Below, piece by piece: positions 26,461 through 40,351 of a DNA stretch of 64,000 bases. The DNA comes from Eledone cirrhosa (lineage: Eukaryota). The notes below the pieces were generated by a model, which did no database searches, was not told the origin of the DNA, and saw only the letters and a list, made by a program, of their open reading frames with translations. A program made the position numbers and the translations under genes. The stretch covers positions 202,554,001 through 202,618,000 of the forward strand of contig OZ024743.1 of assembly GCA_964016885.1 (NCBI GenBank). Direction: 5' to 3'. The stretch's first letter is position 1. Each line of letters opens with the position of its first letter.

Positions 26461-28311
26461 GATAGCAACTAACAGTGCTGCGATCGAATGTGGCTTTTTA
26501 GCCCAGCCAATGATCTAAAATGTCTTGCACAGAGTCGGCAACCAAAACATTTACTGGGAATAGTCGGCTGTGGTTGGAGTTCGTGTACTTTTGCATGTCG
26601 CTTGAGTCCTCCTGCTGATTTACATTCTCTACCACATGTTTGGCAAGCATGATGAGTAGCATCTCCAACAGCAGCCTGGTAGTCAACCACTGGTCTTACT
26701 TTATGACTGCGAAGATGACTTTCGAGTCCAGCTTTGGTTAGGCAGAGTCTCGCACAGACGCTGCATGTCAGGAACATAGGAGGACCCTCGCCGTCTGGAA
26801 GTGCAACAGCAATACCCTTCCTCACGTCCCGCTTTACTTTCTCGTGTGCGATTCGAGATGCCTCAAAGGCAACTTTTCCCTCATATACAGTCTTTCTCCA
26901 TTTATTACGATCAGCAGCAATATTTTCCCATGTATCAGCAGAGATGTTAGCGTCTTTCAGAGAGGCTTTCAAGGAATCCTTATACCTCTTTTTTGGTTTA
27001 TGTGGCGGTCGTTTTCCTTTAACCAACTCTCCATAGAAGAGTTGTTTTGGTATTCTAGAATCCTTCATCCTGGCAAGGTGACCACTCCAACGGAGTCGCT
27101 GCTTAAGCACAAGAGCTTCTATACTGTCACACATAGAGCTTTCCAAAATCTCGACATCACTGATGTGGTCCCTCCAGCGAACGCCATGTATCCGTCTGAG
27201 ACACATCTGATGGAAACGCTCCAATTGCTTAAGGTGGCGTCGATATGTGACCCAGGTCTCGCAGGCATAAAGAAGACAAGAGAGTACACATGCCCTGTAC
27301 ACCTTTACCTTTGTCCTCCTGCATATGTCTCGCCGACCCCAGAGTCGCCTTTCTAGCTTTCCGAAAGCATCACTTGCTTTCCTAATCCTAAGTGAGATTT
27401 CACTGTCAAGGTTGCCGTATCGATTGACAGTGCTTCCCAGGTAGACAAACTGATCAACCACTCCAAGTCGTCTGCCATACACATAGATGTTTGGTTCAGT
27501 GTACTGCCTACCAGGTGCAGGTTGGTACATGACGACGGTTTTCTTGAGACTGACAGTCAAACCCAGGGCAGTGCAAGCGTCAGAAAATACATTCAAAATG
27601 TGCTGCATATCACTCTCTGTGTGCGCTACAAGATCGCAATCATCTGCATACAAGAGGTCTCTTATGACTGATGTAAATACTTTTGTCTTCGCAGCAAAGC
27701 GCCTGATGTTAAATATGCTGCCTGAGGTTCGATATCGGATGTAAACACCATGCTCGCAATTCCTGAATGCAATACAGAAAACCATTGCAAAGTATATGGC
27801 AAACAGGGTCGGTGCTGGAATATCCCCCTGTTTCACTCCATTTTTTACTGAGATAGGCTCCGACATGTTACCTCCGACATTAACCCAAGCCTTCATGTCG
27901 TCATGGAAAGACCTAACTAAAGCAAGGAACTTATCAGGGCAACCAAGTTTCTGGAGAACCTTCCATAATGCATCTCTGTTGACAGTATCGAAAGCCTTTG
28001 TCAGATCGACAAAAACCTGATACAGATCCAAGCCCTGTTCAATGCACTTCTCCTGGAGCTGTCTAGCTGAGAAGATCATATCAGTAGTGCCGCGTCCAAC
28101 ACGAAAACCAGATTGACTTTCAGGAAGGACACAATCTGCAATGTGTGTCAGCAGACGGTCCAGAAGCACCCTACATAAAACTTTCCCCACGACAGAAAGC
28201 AATGATATACCGCTGTAGTTCCCAGAATCATTCCTGTTACCCTTTCCCTTGTACAATACCACCATTACTGCATCTCTCCAGTCCTCAGGCACGGATTCAT
28301 TAGCCCATATA
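26458..28311 (-). mobile_element. RTE-clade LINE, 5'-truncated, open 607-aa frame (RT plus three C2H2 zinc fingers), (GT)n tail
   Basis: ORF 26469-28292: ESQSGFR, FVDLTKAFDTV, GVKQGD, LYADD, YACETW, LRWSGH; three CxxC-x12-HxxxH-type fingers; very short 3'UTR into (CA)n 26430-26457. Confidence 0.92.
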
Positions 28312-29767
28312 GAGGGAGCTTATAGATAGGACAACTTATAGATAGGACAACACACGCTGTCTCTTCGTGGGGTAAGTTTTTAATTAATTTTTGTATTCTG
28401 AAACATCAAAATACAACAATTTGTTTGTTACTGGACTCGGGAATGTCACGACAGAAGTTTGTGGAAGTTACACAAATATTTTAGTATATTTTAGCAGAGC
28501 AATCCTTATTTATATTTTACATTTACTTACATCTCAATATAACATGGCTAGAATTCAAATTTTGCTAAGAGAAGAAAACGGTCAAATGAACTAGATACAT
28601 CTCACTGTCCACACCACCACAATAACGTCTACACTCTCTCCCCACCATCACATGTCATTACCATACCATACCCTATCGAGACTAAAGTGAAGAGGACATT
28701 GGAAGAAGAGATGCAGGCTGCAGATCTTGGTGAGGATTGGCCGACCCTTAATACATACATACATACATACATACATACATACATACACACATACATACAT
28801 ACATACATACACACATACATACATACATACATACATACACACATCGATAATAAACATTAAAAGCTACAGCAATGTGGAAGACATACATATACATATGAAG
28901 GAATACTGGTTGAATGTTCGAGTAAAAACCCAATAAAATGCAGGCATAACAGACTAGATATAATGATATGGGAGAGGGATATGAAGGCATACACGGTATG
29001 CCAATATACTATTAAAAATCAGCGAAAAGGAGAATATCTATGCAGGACTGAGACATCTGCAGATACTACTCAATGATTATACCTTCAGATTTATGCCTGT
29101 CATTATTGGGGCACTGGGATATGTTAGTAACTGCCCCAATACAAATCTTAAGAAGCTGGGCTTCACAGGAACAGAGATAAAATGAATAGTTAGGAAATTA
29201 AAAGTATAACCCATTAATGGAACAGTAAAATTGTGTAAATAATTCCAAAAATTCTGCATCTAATAATTGCATATACACTTGCACAGATACAAAGTATATG
29301 CACATGCACACATAAAACTAAAAAAACATCCACATCCACACATGCAATAACATCCGTACCTGTACGCACATGCAAGCATGCAGACATGCATACATTTATA
29401 CCTAGTTGATGTTGTGTAAAATCCAATGAGAGAATCTTGTATCTATGTTAGAAACCGACTCTCTCTCTATTGGCAAACATTTGTGAAATTATAAAACCAG
29501 ATGAACATACATACATGATGGCTGCCCCCTCTTTATCGAGTATGGCGATTGCACGATGTACCATTATTAATAATTACCCTAATTCTATCGTGCAATACCT
29601 GTGCATGAAGATATTTTTTAAAGTGAGGAAAGACTGTGCACTGAGCCAATCTCACTCTCTGAGCGACAGTAGCTATAACACGAAAAGATAAAAATATCAA
29701 CATCATCGGTTTTCTGAAGTATGTATACAGCTCTGTTGCAGCGAGCATCCTTATATATATATATAGA

Positions 29768-29815
29768 ATTAGCCGTCGAAACGGCTTGAGCTCAGCCGTC
29801 GGGGTCTTACTTGTT

Positions 29816-29820
<5 letters not shown>
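29768..29820 (+). repeat. Fragment of the hairpin-headed repeat family in (TA)n
   Basis: GAGCTCAGCCGTCGGGGTCTTAC..TTCCTAT as at 21780-21820. Confidence 0.65.
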
Positions 29821-29869
<49 letters not shown>

Positions 29870-29997
29870 TGTAATAAGCAACATAAGATAATTATTCCAT
29901 TTACCAGCGGTTTCTTGAAAGCAGTTATTACATAACTAATAAGCTATGTGACCTACATAGAGCAATCTTTTTTCCTGTACCTTTCCGACGGAATTAC

Positions 29998-30139
<142 letters not shown>

Positions 30140-30495
30140 TATATAGATATAGATATATAGATATAGCTATGTTTATCCCACGTTCAATCGGTGGGGGAGG
30201 TAACCTCGGTAAATAAGGTACTCAATACATAGCAGAGTATACATATCTAATATAGACATGGCTTCTACAGGACTAGAACGGTTTCATCCGGGCGAAATAT
30301 ATATACATATATATATAAATATATAACCGTTGGTCAATCAATGATAAACGTTGATTGCCAGATATATTAACTATGGAGATATAAACGATATAGGAGCGAA
30401 AACCAATTCAAACCAAACAGTGAGTTTCATTACTATTTCTGGCAATATTATAACAAAGTGACCCTCCCCAAGTATAACAATATATATATATATAT

Positions 30496-30574
<79 letters not shown>

Positions 30575-30635
30575 GAAAGAGAGGGAGAGAGGGAGAGATC
30601 AGAATGGAGGCGCTAAAAACCAGTTGGAACATTGC

Positions 30636-30787
30636 TCACCAGAGTACTCGATACTTGTGGTAGTAGAGTTCGTAATATGAAGAATTCAGGATCACGACGG
30701 CTGAGCTCCAGCCATTTCAACAGCTAGACCTTTCGGATCTAGCTGCTGAAACGGCCGGAGCTCAGCCGTCGGGGTCCCGAATATTTA

Positions 30788-30790
<3 letters not shown>
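30636..30790 (-). repeat. Hairpin-headed repeat family copy
   Basis: Palindrome ~30687-30781 plus tail reverse-complementary to 21821-21860. Confidence 0.7.
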
Positions 30791-30828
<38 letters not shown>

Positions 30829-30842
30829 TTGAGTGAGAGAGT

Positions 30843-30926
<84 letters not shown>

Positions 30927-30989
30927 TTCATAAAATCCAACTGCGGCACCAAGCGGTCGGATTTTACGGTCTAGGCACCGTAGACTCTA

Positions 30990-31031
<42 letters not shown>

Positions 31032-31584
31032 GCAACATGACCCTCTCAAAGTATAACAATATATATATATATATATATATATTCGTGTGTGTGTATATGT
31101 AAAAAAAAGGCTATTTTCCCCTTACTATTAATTATGGTTATATATATATAATTAGCATGTGGAAAATGTGCTTACTTAGATTCACTGCATTAGCAAACCG
31201 TAACGTGAGTATTTGGTCGTTATAAATGGAATTAAATGTCCGCGAAGCCATACTGAGTCATGAAATTAAAGTGTAATTGTCTGTACCTTCCACAAACATG
31301 TGTAATCTGAGGACAATGATCAAAAAGAGTTACCTAGATGGTGTGTAACAAGACTGGGCTTGAGAAATACACGTTAAGCCCACCTCATGGTCTTCTGGAT
31401 AGTCTATGTCTGCCCATTTTCAATGATAATTGCCAAAAATGCCACTCAATTGCCTCGAATCCATGCATTAATGAGTGACAGGCGAACTCCTTAACCATTT
31501 AGCCAATCTGCCTCCACGTGACAAAAACACGTTGCATTACACACGAAGACGAAAGGGCGAAAATATCGAACCAAACACTGTGGT

Positions 31585-31730
31585 TAGGCGGCGAATTAGC
31601 AGAGTCGTTAGAACGTCGGATATAATGCTTTATTCTATTCGTTCAGGCTCTCTACTCAAATCCCGCTGAGATCAACTTTACCTTTCATCATTTCGAGGTC
31701 GATAAAAGTAGTACCAGCTTAGTACTGTGG
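31585..31730 (+). mobile_element. Diverged SINE
   Basis: AGAGTCGTTAGAACGTCGG head and TCAAATCCCGC..ACTTTACCTTTCATC..GTCGATAAAA core. Confidence 0.6.
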
Positions 31731-33672
31731 TGGAGTCTTCCTCTATTTCAAACTTCCACTCTCTTACTTTCTATCTTTCTCTGGAAGAAATTTGCTGTAC
31801 TCAAGCCTGGAGAGGAATGGCTCCGCCAGGCTTAAAATAACCAAGACACACTATCAAGAGTTACAGGACCATACATACACTGTAGTTAGAAATTCTCTTC
31901 ATCAAAGTATTTTACAATCATGGATGTAAAACACAAACCAAGGAAAAAAAGCTATGTTTATAAATATTCGTCAAATATTTTGATTATAAAAGTTCATAGT
32001 TTTACGAGCGTTGTCCCCTAGTTTTAAAGAAATCTGTATTTTATTTTAATATTACAGTTTATTTCAAAGTACGGACACATTGTAACGGAATATATGAAAA
32101 ATATATCCATAGACATATGTATTATACATACGTATATGTGCATCCCTGAATGGGTATATATGTTTATACATGATCATATGCGTAACGAATAGATGTGTAC
32201 GTGAGTTTGTCTGTATGTTTGAATGTAGGTATGTTCGTATGTATGTCTGTATGTATGTAAGTATCTATGTATCTATGTGTCTATGTTTGTATGAATATAT
32301 ATCTGTACGGGTCTGTCAGTATGTATGTTTATATATGTAAGTCTGGCTAGAGAGTCATAGGCAGAGAAAAAGAGTGACAGTCAGATTGGCAGAAACAGAA
32401 ACGGGTGCGAGAGGGAGGTAGGAGAAGAGAAAGAGAAAATAAAAGTGACATAAAATAAAAGTGACAGAAGGAGAAAAAGAGCGAGAGAGTGATTGAGTCA
32501 AAGGTATTTTAAGCAGTCCAAGAGAGTTGTCGTTTTATAGAAGGACTCAATATCAGCTACTAACTGGAATTAATTTCGGTTATGCAGAGACTAGAGAAAA
32601 TGAAAACTACTTTAACGCTGTTTCTGAATCTTAGAAAAACTTGTAATTATTATGCAGGTAAATATTTCTAGAAATATTTCCAAACCTGTCAATTATTTGC
32701 AACAGGTTTCTCTACCCAGCGATAGGTAAAAGTTTAAAAGTATCTGATAAAGAGCAGTATCTATATTTAATTTGATTGTAAATACGATTCGAGTACCCAA
32801 CATTAAAGATACTATCAATTTGTTCTGCCAATTTCTTTAATTGACAAATTCTATAGAATGCTTAGCATTTAATGCACAAAGAAGTATGAGGTTTGCATAT
32901 ATATCCAATGTTATAAGACTATCTTGCATTCAGGGCACATTAATGGGCGCACATGCCGTAATTCCTATGTAGAAGTTATTCACGATTGGTTAAGTTTTGC
33001 ATTCAAAACTAACGCTCTCTCTCTCTTTTTTCTCTCTCTTTAACAGGGCACATTTTTCAGTATAGTTTCGAACTTAATACCCATCTATCTCTCTATTTAT
33101 AACATATGTGTTTTTATATATATATATATATGTGTGTGAGTATATATATATGTATGTATATATATATATATAAGCAAGAGCGCTTTTAATAATAGAGGTG
33201 CATATGAAGGAATGTGCGTTATATTTCGGTATCACAAATTTATATAATTTTCTCTATGAATGATTTAATCTGTGACCTTTTCACGTGTATCTCAAAATCT
33301 AATGAGATACATGTGACAAACCGTATATATCTTCATATACTACTAATATAAATCATGCTATATTAGTTCTATTGTTATTTAATCTAGTCAGTCCAGCTCG
33401 CACTGTAAGCAAATAACAAATGCTAACCTATGTTCTATATACAAAATGTATGAGATCTAGCGTATACTTGTTTCTGTAATGAGTGAGTGAAATGCGACGT
33501 AAAAGTAGTGCCGTATTATTCACAAGCACACAAAGATAAAGGTAACATGTATTATGTATGTTTATCACACATAATATGCATATCGCTTAATTGATATCTC
33601 CATTATATATACATATGTATATCTATATGCATATATCTATCTATAAATTTGTCTATCTACCTTTCTACATAT

Positions 33673-33759
<87 letters not shown>

Positions 33760-33883
33760 TTCAGATTTGTAAATCATACTTTATAGAATAGTGATTGGAA
33801 TTCATATTTCGTATATATATATTGATAATAATCAACATTTATTTCAATAATACCATAATGTATTTTAAAAGTTCTTTAAAATT

Positions 33884-34446
33884 AAGTGTTGGACAAAATA
33901 ATGGAAACACCTAGCATCATAGCATCATAATTTTGAAATATCTATAAAACTGTCAAAAGCTTGTTTATTTTTATTGTTCTCGAGGTGGACATTAAGCTCT
34001 GCAGTAATTTTGGGAGCTGTACTTTTGTGATCCTTTCTAACAATTCGCGTGAGAGTCCGACGGTCCCTATCTGAAAGTTTTGGTTTTCTTCCGGAGTTTT
34101 GTTTCCGCGAGGAGGTTTTTCCCTCTTTCTCAAAGGCTTTCATTACTTTCGAGACAGTACTTCTTGATATACTAAACATTTCGGTGGTTTCGTGGCGCTA
34201 GCGCCTGCCATACGAGCACCAGCAATTTGACCTCTTTGAAAGTTCGATAGATCTTTCATTTTAATGAATCTTAATTACCTTTTTCTGATGATATCTGAAA
34301 AGAAACAGCAATTTTAACGAAACATATTAAGCAACACTAATAATAAGTTAAAAAACATAAAAAATAGACATGTTTTTGACGGTTTTATAGATACTTCCAA
34401 ATTATGATGCTATGATGCTAAGTGTTTCCATTATTTTGTCCAATCC

Positions 34447-34449
<3 letters not shown>
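33884..34449 (-). mobile_element. Tc1/mariner internally deleted derivative with ~85-90-bp TIRs
   Basis: TIR TTGGACAAAATAATGGAAACAC; N-terminal HTH remnant (SRSTVSKV..SGRKPKLSDRDRR). Confidence 0.88.
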
Positions 34450-34527
<78 letters not shown>

Positions 34528-35385
34528 ACAATAAGTATATATATTACAAGAATTTTCTCTAGACATGGATACATCTTTCTAACTGAGATGAATGTGCAGA
34601 TAAAATATATCTGCACACAGCCAAGTCAGCAGTAATAACGAAGAAGTGTAGATAGAAGGTATTGGTTGTTTTTTCCACGGTGATGTTGTACAAATTAAAG
34701 ATTTCGTCTTGGGTATTTGTATTTTACGGGATATCGGCTGGTCATGATGGATTATACCTATTTTTTCTAGCAAAACTAGTGTCTATAAAACCACCAGCTT
34801 TCCTTGCCTGTCGATGCGGGTATTTTGTGTATGTATATAAACAAATGTTTAGAAACTCGGAGCCATGCCTAATGCATAAAAATAGAATACTTTTGTGTTT
34901 ATTTAAATATATTCATCTTGATTTATTTTTCATACATCATTTGATTTATGGTTTCTTATATATTATTTTACAATTCTGAAATTGGGTTCATTTATTTCAT
35001 TGAAAAATGTACTACACTATGCATTAAGAAATATTGTCGCTATATCCACGAAACATGTAATGCTATTACTATTATAATATCTCTCTTCCTTGTTTTGATT
35101 CGGATTATTAATTTCGGATGTTAGATCATTTAATTTTAGTGAATTAAGCTTTGAAAGAAAATATTTCAGTTTAACAGCTTTTCGGTAGTTTCATAGAGTC
35201 TGGTTTTGAATTTAGGCAAAATACAGTATTTTGATAATTTGGTTGGTGATAACAGTACTTCAAATCGAATGCCAAACATCAGAGCAAGTAGGGATTTTTA
35301 GACACACCAAACCAATGAAACATTTGTTAATACCTGGAATAAAACCTATTGTATAGCTTAGCCGTGTTATTCTTCACTCCTTCAT

Positions 35386-35458
<73 letters not shown>

Positions 35459-35518
35459 GGTAATTCCGAAGAAAAGTCAAAGGAAAAAAGACTGCTCTAT
35501 ATATAGAACAGAGCTATT

Positions 35519-35710
35519 TAATTAGAAAGTAAACAACACAATATACAACTACTCCATTACCAAAGGTTTCAGGACCGTAGACAATATTAATATGCGCCTA
35601 GATCGTTCATCAGATAGGAACTATCTAGACGCATATTATTGATATTGGCTAGGGTCCAGAAACTGTGGGTAATGGAGTGGTTATATATTGTGTTGTTCAG
35701 TTTCTAATTA
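35519..35710. mobile_element. Old imperfect palindromic element 4 next to (TA)n
   Basis: Diverged ~95-bp arms around axis 35612 (ATC-A-GAT); decayed TTGATA..TGG/CCA-GAAAC motif. Confidence 0.65.
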
Positions 35711-35732
35711 TATATATATATATATATATATA

Positions 35733-36849
35733 CAGGGGTTGGACAAAATAATGGAAACACCTTAACATTTCAAACAAATTTATTTTAACATGGGGTAGGA
35801 CGGCCTTTGGCAGTAATTACAACTTGAATTCTACGCGGTATGGACTTCTACAAAGATTGAATTGTTTCAAAAGGAATTTTTGTCCATGCTTCAGCTAAAA
35901 CAGTCTCCAGTTCTTGTAGTGGTGATGGTGGAGGATATCGACTCCTTACTTGTTTTTCTAAAATGCACCATAAATGTTCAATAGTATTGAGATCTGGGGA
36001 CTGCGGTGGCCAGATAAGATATTCAACATCATTAGAATGTTCCTCGTGCTATTCAGTAACAACTTTAGCTGTATGAATTGGTGAATTATCATCCTGAAAG
36101 ATTGCGTTTCCCTCCGTAAACAGTTCCACAGCCATAGCATGAATTTGATCAGGTAAAATGCTTAAATAGTCTTGACTATTAATTCTGCCATGAAGGGAAA
36201 CCATTGGGCCGGCGGATTTCCAAGATATAATCCCCCAGATCATCACAGATCTTCCTCCATGTTTAACAGTTGGAAGAAGGCAGTCTGGGTCAAATTCTTC
36301 TTTCTCCACACGTATACTCGGTCGGTGGTCGGAAATAAGGTAAAAGATGACTCATCCGAGAAAATAACATTCTTCCACTGCTCTAGGGACCAATTCTGTA
36401 GGTTTTTACTCCACTCTAAACGATTGCAACGTTTGGTTTTGAAAGTAGTGGTTTTCTGATTGCAGCCCTCCCGTGAAAGTTTTGGTTTTCTTCCGGAGTT
36501 TTGTTTCGGCGAGGAGGTTTTTCCCTATTTCTCAAAGGCTGTCATTACTTTCGAGACAGTACTTCTTGATACACCAAACATTTCGGCTGTTTTCGTTACG
36601 CTAGCGCCTGCCATACGAGCACCAACAATTTGATCTCTTTGAAAGTCCAATAGATCTGTCATTTTAATGAATTTTAATTACCTTTTTCTGATGATATCTG
36701 AAAAGAAACAGCAATTTTAACAAAACATATTAAGCAACACTAATAATAAATAAGAAAACATAAAAATAAACAAGCTTTTGACGGTTTTATAGATATCAAA
36801 ATTATGATGCACTGATGCTAGGTGTTTCCATTATTTTGTCCAACCCCTG
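35733..36849 (-). mobile_element. Tc1-family DNA transposon, defective (internal deletion), inserted in (TA)n
   Basis: Perfect TIRs CAGGGGTTGGACAAAATAATGGAAACACCT with TA flanks; transposase motifs FSDESSF, TVKHGG, FQDDNSPIH, WPPQSPDLNTIE. Confidence 0.93.
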
Positions 36850-36973
36850 TATATATATATATATATATATATGAACTTTTCTTAATTAATTATAAAAATA
36901 ATGAAAAAAGGGCACATCTAGCTGTATAAGAAGGTAAAGGAATATGTATATCGTTTATCGTTCTACGTGTATA

Positions 36974-37010
<37 letters not shown>

Positions 37011-37098
37011 TAATAAAATAATTAATAAACAAAGAAACAGTTCCTTATATTTAAAAAAATGCATCATTTTACGATCGTTTCTAGGATATATATGATTT

Positions 37099-37130
<32 letters not shown>

Positions 37131-37136
<6 letters not shown>

Positions 37137-37912
37137 GACGTAAAATAAGAAAATTTAAAAAATTAAAAATTAACTTACTTACTAACATTTTCACTCCAAC
37201 TAATTAGTTTCTGTAAGGGGATAAATATAGTTACGTAAGATAACTATAGAGAATTCCTTACATCATCAGGGAGTCTATTCTCAGCTAAGTTCCCAGGCAA
37301 TGCGCGGACACTAGGAACGCATATAAAAATAAATAATTCAGTGGATGGAACAAAGCTAGCGGGGACTAAATTCCAAAGCACTGAAAAATTTCACTGCCTC
37401 TCAGGTCAGTGGCAGATTCTAAAGGATCAATCACGTGACACTGAGGTTAATCAGTGAGGAGTGGGGTGGTATTATGACAATAGCCTACTACTACCATGAA
37501 TCACAGCAGTAAATTTGTCAAGTTTTACTCAACAAATAATTTGGAGATAAATATAGAGAATTAGTATATCTACCAACATATGTATACAGATGTATACTCA
37601 TGCTAGAAAATATATATGTCATGTCTTAGTACCTTTGTGGTTCTATACAGGGGGATGCAGAACAATTATATGAAAGACGTAAAATAAGAAAATTAAAAAA
37701 ATTAAAAATTAATTTACTTACTAAAATTTTCACTCCAGGAGTGAAAATTTTAGTAAGTAAGTTAATTTTTAATTTTTAAAAAGTTCTTATTTTACGTCTT
37801 TCATATAATTTCTCTGCATCCCCCTGCATAGAACCACATTGGTACTAAGACATAACATATATATTTGCTAGCATGAGTATACATCTGTATACATATGTTG
37901 GTAGATATACTA

Positions 37913-37918
<6 letters not shown>
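37131..37918 (-). mobile_element. Retrozyme/pLTR-like element 3: 539-bp unit, direct terminal repeat and inverted 5' arm, in (TA)n
   Basis: Direct repeat 37131-37197 vs 37670-37736; palindrome arms ~37557-37736 and 37738-37918 around a 1-nt axis at 37737; hammerhead at 37193-37274. Confidence 0.88.
37193..37274 (-). ncRNA. Type I hammerhead ribozyme with canonical core
   Basis: Minus strand reads ACUCC-CUGAUGA-UGUAAGG...CCUUACA-GAAA-CUAAUUAG-UU-GGAGU; stems I and II pair perfectly, helix III palindromic; predicted cleavage between 37198 and 37197. Confidence 0.85.
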
Positions 37919-37972
<54 letters not shown>

Positions 37973-38086
37973 TGCGTGTGTGTGTGTGCGCGCGTGCGTG
38001 ATATATGTGTTTATTGTTTGTGTGTATTTCTCTCTCTCTCTCTATATATATGTATATATACAAATATATGTGTATGTGTGTGTGTA

Positions 38087-38118
<32 letters not shown>

Positions 38119-38196
38119 TGTATGTGTGTGTGTATAAGCAATAGGAAAATTTGGGGTTTTTACTTTGTTACAAAACTGGAAAGTTTGATAATAAAT

Positions 38197-38362
38197 AATT
38201 GTTTCTATTTTCGGCACAAGGCCAGCAATTACACAGTACATTACTGGTACTTTATTTTATCGACCTTGTAAGGATGAAAGGCAAAGTTAACCTTGGTGGG
38301 AATTGAAGTCAGATTGTAAAGGGACGTAACTATGCTGGAAAGCATGTCCAACCCTCTACCAA
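38197..38362 (-). mobile_element. SINE
   Basis: Reverse complement of family core; similar to 40174-40351. Confidence 0.8.
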
Positions 38363-39295
38363 TAATACAAAATAAACATTTTGGGGGGAGAAGCGTAGCA
38401 TGTACATTGATAAATGCTGGAAGAAACCTGTGGTAAATTCCAAATCTAATACAAAAAATATTCCAAATAAAAAACTTAACACAACAAAATCTAAAGTATA
38501 TAAAGAGAATTCCTTCTGGAATTTTTCGAGGGCATATATTTCTAGTTTCAGCCCGATATCACCTCCTCCGTAAAATTCTATATTTATAGAATGGAAAAAT
38601 AGCTCGGGAGAAATATACGTCAATACTTAAAGAACACATCATTGGAGATTTGGTTACATATACGAATTTATCAGGCTATTCTCCCATTTACATGTTCTGA
38701 ACTGCATATTACTGCCAACCAAAATTGTACCACATTCTTAGTTGTATGTAAATGTCATAACATAAAACATTGGATAGCCAGTACTGCACATGGGTATCGT
38801 TAGAGAGTTGTCATGTATGCTTAGAGGTACAGGTATACTGTGTAAAATAATAAAAAAAAGTAATAATAATGCGAAAAATCAAATGTGTTGGAAAGATAAA
38901 ATAAATATGCATATTTCTTAAGGGTGCTGATATTTTACTGATCTAATAAGTGAAGGTTGTCCGAAAAAACTCCATCAACTTTTCCAATGAGATATATGCA
39001 TAGCTGCTCCGTAAATGCATCTTCTGGTACAAGTAGATAAATTGTGTACTTGAGCGGTTACGTTCAGATAATAGTATCACAATTCTGATTCCTGCCTAGT
39101 TTACTGTTACCGTCAACATATATGATGCGCTAATAAATGGAACATATTTTTTTCATAGGAATGTTCGATCAGAGGAAAAACATAGAGCTAAGGTGAAAAC
39201 ACGACAATAACTACTAGTACTGCCACCACCACCACCACCAAACATAATATTACTACTATTTCTACATCTACTACTACTAATACTAATAATAATAC

Positions 39296-39516
39296 TGGTT
39301 TCTGATTTAGGCACAAGGCCAATATTTTTTTGGAGGAAAGGGAGAGTCGATTAAATGGACCTAAGTGAATTACTCCTACTTTATTTTATGGACCCCATAA
39401 GGATGAACGACGAAGCTAACCTCATTGAGATTTGAATTTAGAACGTAAAGGGCCTTAACTCTATGTTGCTAAGCATGTTGTCCGACGCTCTGCCAATACT
39501 ACCAATCCATCCGCCT
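39296..39516 (-). mobile_element. Diverged full-length SINE
   Basis: Head GGCGGATGGATTGGTAG..GTCGGACAACATGCTTAG and tail CTTGTGCCTAAATCAGAAAC on minus. Confidence 0.7.
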
Positions 39517-39534
39517 AATAACAATAATAATAAT

Positions 39535-39990
39535 GATTTCTATTAGCCTCTTAAGGCATATATTAAGGGCATAATAAAGACAATCGACGAGTGTGTGCAG
39601 CACTGTTTAGTCGCCGGTTCACCTCTCGGATAGGCCCAGCTGACGGTACATCTATGCTTGTGGAGTTTATCTCGGAGTTTCAAAACCTCTCTGTAGCACA
39701 GCCAGGACAGGGATTTCTGGAAAGTGCTCATGGGTCCTGGAAAGAAAGACCTCTGGAAAAGAGTCGCTACGTTATTTTTGTCGACCCACCCAAAACTTCC
39801 CAAGAAGTTCGTTGTTCTTACCCGCCACTCACATTCCATAGAGAGCCGCTGAGGGATGTGAGAACATGAAGACATTTCCGTTTCAACGTGCTTCCCTCGG
39901 TCTTCGCTTCACCAAGGACTGCACCTGTGGAAAACTGCGTCCAGCCAAATGCGACCACACCGTTCACCGTCGAATAAGACGTTTGGGCTG
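39535..39990 (-). mobile_element. Old Tx1-like 3' fragment
   Basis: PGPMSTFQKSLSWLCYR..LRDKLHKH homologous to the ORF2 C-terminus; 3' end TAATAGAAATC followed by (ATT)n. Confidence 0.75.
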
Positions 39991-40173
39991 AGAGATATTA
40001 TTAGTCTTATATAGCAATTGCCAAGGATACAAGGATATTTTCCCGTGGACTGAAATACTTTATGTATGTAAGTTATCTTTTTACGGAAAAGTAATATCTG
40101 GTTTGGTCATTCACAGATCAAAAGCCACTGTTATTTTGTTAAACTCCATAACGGCTACCCAATGGTAAATAAT

Positions 40174-40351
40174 TGTTTCTACTTTAGGCACAAGGCCAGC
40201 AATTACCCAGTGCATTACTGGTACTTTATTTTATCGACCACGTAAGGATGAAAGGCAAAGTCAACCTCGGCGGGATTTGAACTCAGATCGTAAAGGGACG
40301 TAACTATGCTGGAAAGCATGGCGTCCGACCCTCTACCGATACTGCCAATCC
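40174..40351 (-). mobile_element. Full-length SINE with ~17-bp TSD
   Basis: ACCCAATGGTAAATAAT at 40157-40173 and 40352-40368; B-box-like GAGTTCAAATCC on minus. Confidence 0.9.
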
